NCBI RefSeq assembly: GCF_001194135.2
Contig: NC_068995.1
Span: forward strand, 4,828,644 to 4,865,182
Reading direction: 5' to 3'
Source: Octopus bimaculoides
Lineage: Eukaryota
Length of the DNA stretch: 36,539 nucleotides
Position 1 is the stretch's first letter, and each line of letters opens with the position of its first letter. The notes beneath the pieces are model-generated. The model did not search any database. It saw only the letters and a list, made by a program, of their open reading frames with translations, and was not told where the DNA came from. Below, one piece after another: positions 11,465 through 22,437 of this stretch. A program made the translations under genes and the position numbers.

Positions 11465-11681
11465 ATGACGTATTCATTACGTCATGAGATTGTTTTTGTT
11501 CCATCATATTCATTTTAGGGAGAATAGCGAAGTTGTTTTTTTTTTGTTTTGTTTTGTTTGAGAATTCTTTGTTTGTTCATTTTTTTTTTGAAACATCCTG
11601 TTACGTTTTCTCAGTATTTGCCTGTTTACGTAAAACAACAGTCAACCGTGTTTGTTGCCTGTGACGGCGAGAAATCCGGAA
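11465..11681. promoter_or_regulatory. bZIP-site cluster (inverted CRE-like pair, TTACGTAA palindrome) plus ETS core
   Basis: ATGACGTA-ttcat-TACGTCAT at 11465-11485, TTTACGTAAA at 11625-11634 and CCGGAA at 11676-11681. Confidence 0.45.
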
Positions 11682-11740
11682 ACAACACGGTCCAATTCTT
11701 CTCTTCTTGAATATCGGACAAACATCGATCTTGGTTCAAC

Positions 11741-12064
11741 ATGTGCTCAGTATACGATGGAGGTTTGAAACGCAATCAGATGCCCGATAAAAATTATATG
11801 TTATACTTTTGGCGTCTGTTGAAGAGAAATTTGGGAAAATTAGCTATTGGCTACCTCAAGATCGATCCAATATGCCGTTACGTATTTCATGAAAATTATT
11901 TCTGTGAAACAGTTCCTTTTAGAAATTCGTCATTTGTTCAAGGTGGTGCCCAAAATTATAGAATTCAGCACGAAGTTGTGAGAAAGCATAAAGGACCTCA
12001 ACTATGTGTCCCTGGTCAAGTCATCTCAGATGATGATTCAAATGAACTTTGCTTACAGAAATAG
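11741..12064 (+). CDS. Orphan 107-aa ORF, unknown product (candidate only)
   Basis: True ATG in TCAAC-ATG context with an in-frame stop 10 codons upstream. Non-repetitive sequence, AATAAA at 12169-12174, regulatory motifs upstream. No family recognised; could be chance. Confidence 0.3.
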   Translation: MCSVYDGGLKRNQMPDKNYMLYFWRLLKRNLGKLAIGYLKIDPICRYVFHENYFCETVPFRNSSFVQGGAQNYRIQHEVVRKHKGPQLCVPGQVISDDDSNELCLQK

Positions 12065-12539
12065 TGAACAATGTCTTCTGTCTGTCTGCGTGTCTCCTGT
12101 TAATCTTTTCTTCTCTTGCTCACTGAAAATGTTTCCATGATGTGTCGACATATTTCTCTTAGTTAAGGAATAAAGCTGTTTCTTTCTTAAACACGGATTC
12201 TATTTTGCTTCTATCTCAAGACGAATAATAATAATTTATTCTAATTTTAAAACAAGGGCAGCGATTTTGAGTGGAGAGGATGACAAGATATTTAAACCTC
12301 TTATAGGGATGTATTTTTATCCAAGATGCACTGGTTTAATACATTGTATTTCAAAGAAATATTTCTGCAATAAATATATTATATAAAATATAAAATACCA
12401 AATATTATTATCAAGTTTGAAAACGAAGAATGGATGCAATTGTGGGCAAATATGTTAATTTGTATCCATTAGATCTCTCCGTTTTCAAACTTAAACTTAA
12501 TCGTATATATATATGTGTATGTATGTATATATATATGTG

Positions 12540-12614
<75 letters not shown>

Positions 12615-12624
12615 CGTGCTTCTT

Positions 12625-12715
12625 TCAGTTTCTTTCTACCAAATTCACTTACAAGGCTTTGGTCGGCCCCAAGGCTATAGTAGAGGACACTTGTCCAAGT
12701 TGAACCCGGGCCCCT
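12625..12715 (-). mobile_element. SINE fragment (antisense)
   Basis: CCAAATTCACTTACAAGGCTTTGGTCGGCCCCAAGGCTATAGTAGAGGACACTTGTCCAAG, as in 27320-27390. Confidence 0.8.
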
Positions 12716-12944
12716 GTGCTTGTGTGTATTTATATATATATGTGCATGTATGTGTGTATGCGTGCTTTCAGTCATTTTGCACGCAGCACCAGAAGTGTAG
12801 ACCTTGTCTCATCTAATTATAGCAATAAAATACCGCGTATTATTACAAAAATTGCGAAGGTAGAGGTTTGAAAAGGGACAATAATCGAAGCATTAAATAT
12901 AACGCTTTCTAATTTTAGAACAAAGTCAACAATTTTGAAAGGAG

Positions 12945-13120
12945 AACAGAGTCGATTAAATCGGCCCCAATGCTCAACTGGTGCTTGTTTTATAAACCCC
13001 AAAAGGATGAAAAGCTAAAATCGACATCGGGTATACTTGAACTCGGAACGTAAAGCCGTGGGGAATGCAGCTTAGCATTTTGTCTGATGCTCAAACGATT
13101 CTGCTTGTTCGCTGCCTTTG
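12945..13120 (-). mobile_element. Diverged SINE (antisense)
   Basis: Reverse complement of the 13928-type copy: GTCGATTAAATCGGCCCCAATGCTCAACTGGTGC...AAAGGATGAAA...GAACTCGGAACGTAAAG...AACGATTCTGC. Confidence 0.75.
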
Positions 13121-13320
13121 AAACATTAATTATTTCAGACTTCAAATTACGAAGTTGCTAAAAGCAGGGTTATATAAATGCATTTTTAATGTCAGAGGAA
13201 TTCATGCATTTTAGAAAATTCGATAATTTATTACTCCTGGTGTTTGTCAGTTAAAAGTTCTTTTTCGAATGTTATTCTGGTTAGTATGCTTAATATCGGT
13301 GTGGTGAAAAGGAAGCGAAG

Positions 13321-13351
<31 letters not shown>

Positions 13352-13352
<1 letters not shown>

Positions 13353-13580
13353 ATGCATGACTTAGTGGTTAGGGGTCTTGCACTCACTATTGCGAGATCG
13401 TGGTTTCGATTCCCAGGCCGGGCGTTGCGTTGTGCTCTTGAGCAAAGCACTTCATTTCACGTTGCTCTGCGATCATTTTCGACATCTGACATTTGGCACC
13501 CAGTTGCACCTGTACAGGTAATGACGGTCTGATGGAAGGAGTGAGCTTATGTCTACACAAACATTTGATCATTATAAGCA
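13352..13580 (+). mobile_element. tRNA-derived SINE
   Basis: A-box-like TGACTTAGTGGTTAGG and B-box-like GGTTTCGATTCCC, followed by TTGAGCAAAGCACTTCATTTCACGTTGCTC. Confidence 0.85.
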
Positions 13581-13589
13581 AATCATCTG

Positions 13590-13920
13590 TGTGGTTGTTC
13601 GGTAGGAAATTGCCGAACCCTCAAACGTCGTCTAACGACGGGAGAGTTCATCACACACACACACACACTGTTAATAGATGAAGCACTAATAAGGTCGATC
13701 AGGCAGTGAAATTAACGTGCGTGTGGCTGAGCACTCCAGACACGTGTACCGTTAACGTTGTTCTCGGGGAGATTCAGCGTGACACAAAGAATGACAAGGC
13801 TGGCCCTTTTGAAATACAGGCACAACGGAAACAGGAAGAAAGAGTGAGAGAAAGTTGTGGTGAAAGAATACAGCAGGGTTGGGAAGTTTCTTATCACACA
13901 GCCACGCTGCGCCTATGTTA
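13590..13920 (+). repeat. Dispersed repeat (unclassified family)
   Basis: GTGAAATTAACGTGCGTGTGGCTGAGCACTCCA...GATTCAGCGTGACAC...GACAAGGCTGGCCCTTTTGAAAT has a diverged reverse-complement copy at 16960-17110. Confidence 0.75.
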
Positions 13921-13927
13921 GGTTCAT

Positions 13928-14140
13928 TTAAGGAGGTGAGCTGGCAGAATGGTTAGCCCGTCGGCCAAGCTGCTTTCCGGCATTTCGTCCGTCTTCACGT
14001 ACGGGGTTCAAATTCCATCGAGGTCGACTTTGCCCTTCATTCTTTCGGGGACAATAAAATAAGCTCCAGTTGAACACTGGGGTCGATGTAATTGACTTAG
14101 CCCACCCACCTCCTCTGAAATTGCTGGCCTTGTGCAAAAC
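13928..14140 (+). mobile_element. Near full-length tRNA-derived SINE
   Basis: GGAGGTGAGCTGGCAGAATGGTTAG...GGTTCAAATTCC (B-box-like), GAGGTCGACTTTGCCCTTCATTCTTTCGGGG core and GGCCTTGTGC tail. Confidence 0.9.
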
Positions 14141-15101
14141 AAAAAACTGAAATCAATAATCTGAGGTTTGTGAAATGAGAAATAACTAACGCCGTATATC
14201 ATTGGTATTTTAGTTTATCGATTCTGGAATTGATTTTATCAGGATGCGAACACAGACTGTAAAATAGCATAATTAAATACCACGGAGCCCTCTCCCACCT
14301 GAAGAAGGCTTACAGAATTATGCCCCCCTCTTTGTTTTTAATTTTTGTAATTATGTGGTCATTCGGCTTACGAGAAGTAACAATCGAACGCACCTCAAAC
14401 CACCCCAGCTTAAACTAAGGAATCATCGGACGATGTACTCTTGAATATAGGGTCTGAAATTAAGATGGAATAGCTGGTCATGGCTGGAATGCCCTCATCA
14501 TAGTTGACCCAGGGTTAAACAGTAACAATAAATAGGACAAAATCCTCACTAATGAAAACAACAATATTTGATAAAAGTTTCAAATTATTGACAAACGGAG
14601 ACCATTTTGATCGAGATGTAAAATCTTTCAACACGTACGACAGTTGACATAACAATATCTTATATTTGGAAGCGAAAGGTCAAAAGGAGAGCAGTATTAG
14701 TAGTACTGGTGGTGGTGGTGGTGGTAGTAATAATAGTAGTAGTGGTAGTGGTGGTAGGAGGAGAGATGTGGGCCATATCCTGAAGGACGTTTGTCAAATG
14801 AGGAATGTGTTATGAAGAATGTGGAAACAATTTCGTTGAAATATGGTTTATGTCAAAGGTAAATGCGTGTTTAGAATCTTGTTTACCATTTCTTTAACAG
14901 TAAAAGAGATAAACTGTGTGTGTGTGTGTGTATGTGATAGATAGATAGATAGATAGATAGATAGAGAAAGAGAGAAATAAAACAGTTTAAATTTTCGAAC
15001 TATAAGTGCAGGAACGAAATTTGCTTAGAGGATGCAAACCCATGTTTAAATGCTTTTTTACAAACAAGGTTGATTTTCAATCTTAACAAAACAAATACAC
15101 G

Positions 15102-15115
15102 TATAATAATAATAA

Positions 15116-15168
<53 letters not shown>

Positions 15169-15175
15169 AGAAGAG
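15102..15175. repeat. (AAT)n-(AAG)n compound microsatellite
   Basis: Direct inspection. Confidence 0.95.
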
Positions 15176-15520
15176 ATCCACTCGATCTAGGAATTGAACT
15201 CCCGGCATTATGATTGTGAGCGGAACACCTCAATATCACCGATGATGTCTTAGAGACAACCAAGGGANNNNNNNNNNNNNNNNNNNNNNNNNNNNNNNNN
15301 NNNNNNNNNNNNNNNNNNNNNNNNNNNNNNNNNNNNNNNNNNNNNNNNNNNNNNNNNNNNNNNNNNNNNNNNNNNNNNNNNNNNNNNNNNNNNNNNNNNN
15401 NNNNNNNNNNNNNNNNNNNNNNNNNNNNNNNNNNNNNNNNNNNNNNNNNNNNNNNNNNNNNNNNNNNNNNNNNNNNNNNNNNNNNNNNNNNNNNNNNNNN
15501 NNNNNNNNNNNNNNNNNNNN

Positions 15521-15554
<34 letters not shown>

Positions 15555-15561
<7 letters not shown>

Positions 15562-15655
15562 TCCATAGTGAGATTCGAACTCAGAATGTAAGGGAATCGA
15601 AATGAATACCACAAGGTATTTTGTCTGACTGTCACACGATTTTACCAATCACAAC
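15555..15655 (-). mobile_element. SINE head fragment (antisense)
   Basis: GAGATTCGAACTCAGAATGTAA...AATACCACAAGGTATTTTGTC...CGATTTTACC is the reverse complement of the 13928-type head. Confidence 0.65.
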
Positions 15656-16219
15656 ATTAGAATTTCTTATTCTTGTTTCTGAAGTCAGCCGTTACCCACG
15701 AATGGGTAAGGGTTGGTTGCATGTACCATGCTTTTGCAAATTGTTTTCGGTGCCTGTGAAGTCCCAGGAAGGCATAGGACCCCTCTCGACTCTCTCATCC
15801 AGCGATATGAGAGAAAGAGAGAGAGAGAGGAAGGGGTAGTTGTACCTGCATTCGAGTGCTACTCGTTTTCAGCCGACCATACTGGAGCAACGTAAAATAA
15901 AGTGTCTTGCACAACGCATCACCCGGTCAAGAAATGGAACCCACGGCATCATGTCGACAATACGAACACCCGGAACCACATAACTATGTCCCTTACAACA
16001 TCCTCGAAGAAGTAGTAGTAGCAGTAGTAATAATAGAATAATCGTTTGTTGCAAATGTAAAATCCGGTTGCATGAAAGATTCACGATAATGGTAATTTAC
16101 TAAATACACCCATCTCACCGCCGCCCCCCCCATCTCACCCCCCGTACTCATCTCTTAACATTAAACTAACCAGAGAGAATCTTTGTTGAATTATTCTTGG
16201 AATACCAGACCAAATATCG

Positions 16220-16257
<38 letters not shown>

Positions 16258-16959
16258 NNNNNNNNNNNNNNNNNNNNNNNNNNNNNNNNNNNNNNNNNNN
16301 NNNNNNNNNNNNNNNNNNNNNNNNNNNNNNNNNNNNNNNNNNNNNNNNNNNNNNNNNNNNNNNNNNNNNNNNNNNNNNNNNNNNNNNNNNNNNNNNNNNN
16401 NNNNNNNNNNNNNNNNNNNNNNNNNNNNNNNNNNNNNNNNNNNNNNNNNNNNNNNNNNNNNNNNNNNNNNNNNNNNNNNNNNNNNNNNNNNNNNNNNNNN
16501 NNNNNNNNNNNNNNNNNNNNNNNNNNNNNNNNNNNNNNNNNNNNNNNNNNNNNNNNNNNNNNNNNNNNNNNNNNNNNNNNNNNNNNNNNNNNNNNNNNNN
16601 NNNNNNNNNNNNNNNNNNNNNNNNNNNNNNNNNNNNNNNNNNNNNNNNNNNNNNNNNNNNNNNNNNNNNNNNNNNNNNNNNNNNNNNNNNNNNNNNNNNN
16701 NNNNNNNNNNNNNNNNNNNNNNNNNNNNNNNNNNNNNNNNNNNNNNNNNNNNNNNNNNNNNNNNNNNNNNNNNNNNNNNNNNNNNNNNNNNNNNNNNNNN
16801 NNNNNNNNNNNNNNNNNNNNNNNNNNNNNNNNNNNNNNNNNNNNNNNNNNNNNNNNNNNNNNNNNNNNNNNNNNNNNNNNNNNNNNNNNNNNNNNNNNNN
16901 NNNNNNNNNNNNNNNNNNNNNNNNNNNNNNNNNNNGCCTTGTGCTTATAACAGAAAGGA

Positions 16960-17110
16960 TTATTTCAAATGCTCAATCTTGTCACATTCTGTGTCACGCT
17001 AAATCTACCTACGCATGTCTGTGGAATGCTAAGCCACTGCACGTTGATTTCACGAACAGGCTGTTCCGTTATTCGAATCAACTGGAACACTCGTCGTAAC
17101 CGACAGTGCT
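16960..17110 (-). repeat. Dispersed repeat, same family as 13590-13920
   Basis: Reverse-complement similarity: GTGAAATCAACGTGCAGTGGCTTAGCATTCC...ATTTAGCGTGACACAGAATGTGACAAG. Confidence 0.75.
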
Positions 17111-17289
17111 AGTTTTTGGGGTTTTTTTTTAAACTCTTTATATTCTAAAGGAACCGGGCCGCATTCAGGTCACGACTCTTGAATATTCCTATGTTGCTAC
17201 TTTCGGTGCCACAGTCTGTAATGCAACCCTCCTAGACGACTAAGATGCCTTAAAACCAAGATATCTTGAATGTTGTAACTAGTTTAGTC

Positions 17290-17590
17290 TAAGACGCCAG
17301 TTGACTGTAAAGAAAATTCTGCCTTTTGAAAACCGCTTCCATTCTTCCTTGATTAGAACCAGTTGAAATTCTTCTAGCTGCTTCTGCCATTACCTTAAGA
17401 GCTCTGGTTCCCTTTCTCTCCAAAACTGAGGGCTGCTTTATGCGATCGTCTGCATATTTCCCCACAAACCGACTCGCACCCACCTCTAGGACTTTGGTTT
17501 GAAAGCCAGGTTCTCTTAGTCTGATGGTTAAACTGTTGCATTTTTCAGTCTTGTAGACGTGAATCTCCTCCATTCTGCTGTGATTCCGCT
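17290..17590 (-). mobile_element. RLE-type (HERO-like) non-LTR retrotransposon C-terminal relic
   Basis: RMEEIHVYKTEKCNSL..RLREPGFQTKVLEVGASRFVG...TRALKVMAEAA resembles the restriction-like endonuclease C-terminus (R.EEA...K..KY..L......G......VEVG.RGFVG...AIK...EAAE). Confidence 0.7.
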
Positions 17591-18769
17591 TTTCCTTAGA
17601 AACCTAATTGATTAAAAAGAAAACTTAAACGTACCCCCACCCGCCAAAAACGTTACTGTTGTTGCGTTAACCTAATTGTAGGTTGTGGCCATGCTGGGGC
17701 ACTGCATGTACCATGTTGTTTAATTCTAGGTCAGGCGATATAAAAAAGACATCAGATGCATTCCAGCAGTAATCATCTCGTCTTTTACTTTCGTTCAGAC
17801 ATTGTACCTTATAGATAATGCACCCAGCTCTCTTTATTTAAAAATGAGATACAAGGGAGATTTAGCTTCTATTTCTAGCAGACAGAGCTACCATTTAGAG
17901 ACTCCTTCACATTTTCTGTACATTCTAAAGGTAAAGTGCCGGCATCTTTTAAATCGAGCGCAAGATTCTTCTAGAGCCATTTCTTTCGATAATATAGTCT
18001 TCCTTCAAAAACCTAATCAGATTCTTAGTAAACCCACAAATAGTCTAAAAGCCCTCAAGTCAAAAATGCGAACTTTCGTTGTCATGCCTCGTTAAATACG
18101 CAACCTTCTCCACATATTTTTGTTATAATGACAACAGCAATAATAACAGTAGTAATGATAGTAGCAACAAACTTGCAATAGTTATTTTGCTATAAAACAG
18201 CCTATTTGGCTCTGACGATGCAATATGTTAACGTGAAGAATTTGACGGGAATAACTGCTAAAACGATGAGGTGTTGTATCCTGTTGTTACAGAAACTATA
18301 ACAGATCTGTCTTTGAAAACAAGGTAAGCTACATTAGTTGTTGGTTTGGTATTTCAAGAATAAAATTAATAAGATTCATTTGGTTTAGAGGGCTGAGAGA
18401 GAAAAGAGGCGGGTTGGATGTATTTTAACAAATTGGCATCATGATCTATGTATATATTTATTCATTTTAACGCCGTTAACATAGAAAGGTGAATTTTTTA
18501 AAAAATGAATCCAGAAAATCAGTAAATTTGACGATGAAAGAATAAAAGAGAGTAAGGAAGGTAGAAAAATATGGAAGAAATAAAGAAGAGGAGGAGGAAC
18601 GAGCGAATCTCAAATGACCGTTTCTCTATTTCTCGAATCCGAAAAGCTGAAAGACAAATCTGACTTCGTCAGGATTTTAGCCGAGAAAACAGAGAGACGA
18701 AGAGTATTAAAAGACTATAGAGGGAATTTCGGTGCTCGCTCTCTCTCTCTCTCTCTCTCTCTATCTCTA

Positions 18770-18810
<41 letters not shown>

Positions 18811-18819
18811 GACGGGCTT

Positions 18820-18953
18820 TTTCAGTTTTTGTCTACCAAATCTACTCACAAGGTTTTGGTTGGCCCAGTGCTATACTACAAGATACTTGCCCAAGGTATC
18901 GCACAGTGGTACTAAACCCGGAACTATTATGTGGTTGGAAAGCAAGCTTCTTA

Positions 18954-18955
<2 letters not shown>
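18820..18955 (-). mobile_element. SINE head fragment (antisense)
   Basis: CTACCAAATCTACTCACAAGGTTTTGGTTGGCCC..GCTATA...ACTTGCCCAAGGTATCGCACAGTGG...AACCCGGAAC. Confidence 0.85.
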
Positions 18956-19001
<46 letters not shown>

Positions 19002-19009
19002 GCACATAT

Positions 19010-19735
19010 CGAAATATATGGAGGACAGGGTACGGGAATGCAAGTAGGGTCCATTTTACAAGAGGCATTGAAAAAACGAAAACAGATTTACAAGCACAGA
19101 TCAACATCACAGAGTAGAAAATACACAGAAATGACAATAAAGGTTAGAAGTGAATAACACAGAGACAGGTTAATACTTAAATCAGGATCAAATATTAAAA
19201 ATAAGATAAGAGCTGGCAACACTTTAGATGAGAGTTATAATTTGCTTTTTTAGCTGGATGTGGTAAAAAAAGATGGAAAATAACGACAGGATCCAGGATA
19301 TGGCATGCAAAGTCAGACACTAAAAATATGTTTATCATAAATACTAGGGCGGTAGTTTATAATATCTAGGAATTTATAAAATATCTTTGTATAGGACTAT
19401 AAAAATATTTGGAAATTAATACAAATGGCTGCAAAACGCTGAAAAATACAGAATGGTTTCTGCTTCAAAGAAGCTAAAAGAATGTAAAAGGGAGATGGAA
19501 ATATATGGGTGACTAAATGGTTTGGGAATCAAAACGAGATAGAGAAACCTCAGCTGCGAAATCTAGGAATCAAAGTTGAGAACGAGGAATTTTGGATGGC
19601 AGTACAAAGTTAAATTCATTCCATCAGAAACAACCGACATTTAAAACAAAAAACAAAAGAAAGAACTCCGTTGCCGCACAACAAACGTCAAAAATGGGAG
19701 CGCGATAAAGAAAAGTTCACCACAGAATTTTAGGA
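19010..19735 (+). mobile_element. R4/Dong-like non-LTR retrotransposon, decayed RT C-terminal region
   Basis: IYK...KYTEMTIKVRSE*HRDRLILKSGSNIKNKIRAGNTL and HAKSDT..MF......GG.L resemble R4-clade motifs (YKYLG..KH.EMKEK.RKEY.RRVR.ILKS.LN..NKI.AINT; HPKSD..RLY.PR..GGRGL). Many stops and frameshifts. Confidence 0.75.
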
Positions 19736-20319
19736 ATGGACGGAGTAGTGATTGATGCCTTCTTTTCCCCTTGAACCAAATATGTGATTCTTTGGCATCG
19801 TTGAAGCGATTTTATAGTTCTTTATGCGAAGTATTTGTTGGTGTTGTTGTTTATACTCAAGGCAGCTTTGTTGGTGTTGTGAAGATTGAAAGGAAAGACC
19901 TCTGTTAAAAAACAAACTGTTCCAAGCTTGAACCTCCCTACGTATATTTTTGTTTGTGACATACATCGTGTCTACGAATACATTATCGAATATCTTTTTT
20001 GTTTATTTTTTTAGATTTGGCTGCTCTTTCTAGCACAACGGGTGACTACATATGAGGCTCCCTTCACAGGATTTTTGTAGTGTGGTTGTAATTTAATCCC
20101 TGTTCAGCTCCGACAGCGGTCCAGGAATTCATGTACCTAACGTGTCCCGCGCCTTTACAAGGCCCCATCGTATTATTTGAATGAAATTGCCTGTTATTTC
20201 GAGCTGGTCGCGCTGTAATGTGACGTAAAGTGATTCAGTGTAGATTAAAGGGGTGTCGGGTGGTGTAAGGGTGGTGTAATCATTTGGAAGTGTCATGCAG
20301 CTTACTGCATTGCATAAGT

Positions 20320-20735
20320 TAACATGTATGTATCTATGTATGTGTGTTCGTACACACACACAAATATATACATACATATATACACACATATGTACATATA
20401 AATATATACACACACACACATGTACATATATACATACATATATATATATGTATATACACAGACGTATATACACTCATATACATATATAGACACATATATA
20501 CATATATATACACACACATATATACATATAATACACACACACATATATATATACACATATACACACACACATATACACACACATATATATACATATATAT
20601 ATATATACACTCACACATATACAAACATATATATACACATACATATATATACACACATACATATATATACACACGCATACATACACCTATACACATATAC
20701 ATATATATATTCACACACACACATACGTATATATA
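20320..20735. repeat. Compound (TA)/(CA) microsatellite
   Basis: Direct inspection. Similar tracts at 2693-3160, 12503-12612, 21260-21447, 22200-22480, 22957-23027, 24310-24470 and 35430-35615. Confidence 0.95.
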
Positions 20736-21389
20736 CTGACACACTATTCCACTATACTCCACCTCTACTCAAATACGAGTGAACTGCATCTCAACACTTC
20801 CACTCAACACTCGAATTCTACAAAGCGAAACTCAGCAGTCCCCTTTTTATAAAGGAAGCATATTAGAACTCTTTCAACTACTCCAAGAGTTTTTAGAACC
20901 CAAAGGTGAATGGGGAGGAGGAGGAAATGAGGGCAGGGTAACACAGGCGGATGAGAGGGGGTGTTTGGGTAGGGGTGTTGTTCCAAACTTGCAAAGAATA
21001 AAAATGTTTGGCGCGTTTCTTTGACACGTTCTGTCAAACCTAGAAGCGACGAAGGTGGGTGGGTGGGTGAGTGAGATGCGAGGGGCTGTGAGAGTAGAAT
21101 GGTTATTAGATGGGGGGAGGGGAGGACGGAGGGGGTTCCGCTCTGTGTTGCACCGACACATCGCCATGCTTGCTTAGCTACCCCCAATGTGATGGAGGGC
21201 CGAGACGCACACACCACCCAGCAAGCAATCCAGCTCACCTCTAGCTCAATAACATACACACACATACATATATGTCTGTGTATAAAGATATACACACACT
21301 CATATATGTTATATGTTAACACACACATACATACACATATTTACACACACACCTACATATATATGTATGTATATATATATACACACATA

Positions 21390-21447
<58 letters not shown>

Positions 21448-21450
<3 letters not shown>

Positions 21451-21665
21451 AGGCGCAATGGCCCAGTGGTTAGGGCAGCGGACTCGCGGTCATAGGATCG
21501 CGGTTTCGATTCCCAGACCGGGCGTTGTGAGTGTTTGAGCGAAGACACCTAAAGCTCCACGAGGCTCCGGCAGGGGATGGTGGCGAACCCTGCTGTACTC
21601 TTAAAAAAGGCGGTGCTCCAGCATGGCCACAGTCAAAAGACTGAAACAAGTAAAAGAGTAAAAGA
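21448..21665 (+). mobile_element. tRNA-derived SINE, short or chimeric copy
   Basis: Well-preserved head GGAGGCGCAATGGCCCAGTGGTTAGG...GGTTTCGATTCCCAGACCGGGCG, joined directly to the GGCGGTGCTCCAGCATGGCCACAGTC...GAAACAAGTAAAAGAGTAAAAGAGTA tail. Confidence 0.85.
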
Positions 21666-21696
21666 GTATACATGCACATATAGACATAACTAATAA

Positions 21697-21727
<31 letters not shown>

Positions 21728-21916
21728 GCAATAAGAAAATGGAGGAGAATATGCGGTATCCATCAACTTGCAGACACTGTATTCTGTTGATTGATCTATT
21801 TATTTTATAGCTAAATTGACAAAAAAACACAATATACAGATACTTATGACATACCATGTTATATCAACAATTAAGATTTCAAATTTAAAGGCCATTTAGC
21901 AATTGGAGAAGGGACA

Positions 21917-22052
21917 AAAACTTACAGCTGTTTCGGCCTAGCGTTGGCATGCCCCATTCTATCTCTATAGCTCCAGTACGCCGGAGTAATTAGTAGATGA
22001 AAATGATGCAATGGGTGTACATGCATGATTCGCTAGGCCTCTTCAGAGATTT
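21917..22052 (-). ncRNA. Type I hammerhead ribozyme motif with extended stem II
   Basis: Minus strand: AAATCT-CTGAAGA-GGCCTAGCG-[87 nt]-CGCTAGGCC-GAA-ACAGCTGT-A-AGTTTT. It has a complete core, a perfect 9-bp stem II with G10.1:C11.1, palindromic stem III and a GUA cleavage triplet. Stem I has 5 of 6 pairs. Confidence 0.8.
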
Positions 22053-22396
22053 ACAAAATTCAATTCAAATATAAAATAAGAATAAAGTAAAAATAAAAAT
22101 GAAAATATAAAAATATAAGGCACATAAAAAAGCTTACAAAAAGTATATAAAACCATATAAATAGTTACAAAAAACTCCAATATACATGCCTATGCATGTA
22201 TATATAACCATACGCAGATATATATGGATACAAACAAACACAAAGAAACACACATACACCAACACATACAAACATATACATACATAACGCACACGCACAT
22301 ACAAAACACGCACACACACAATCAAACACAAACACAAACACACACACACAAACGCACACACACAAACGCACACACACAAACGCACAGTCATACACA

Positions 22397-22437
<41 letters not shown>

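Noticed and set aside
12030-12127. C/D snoRNA-like ATGATGA...CTGA spacing
   Set aside because: No terminal stem and no recognisable antisense element; such boxes occur by chance.
13352-13425. tRNA-like A/B boxes (also 13928, 21448, 36474) as tRNA genes
   Set aside because: No cloverleaf; each continues into SINE body sequence.
17802-18095. 97-aa ORF starting at TTG
   Set aside because: Overlaps a short dispersed repeat (AGATTTAGCTTCTATTTCTAGC) and shows no protein motifs.
18614-19117. 167-aa ORF (MTVSLFLESEKL...)
   Set aside because: Runs through (CT)n/(TA)n, an antisense SINE and (CA)n. Only about 42 unique codons, with no recognisable family.
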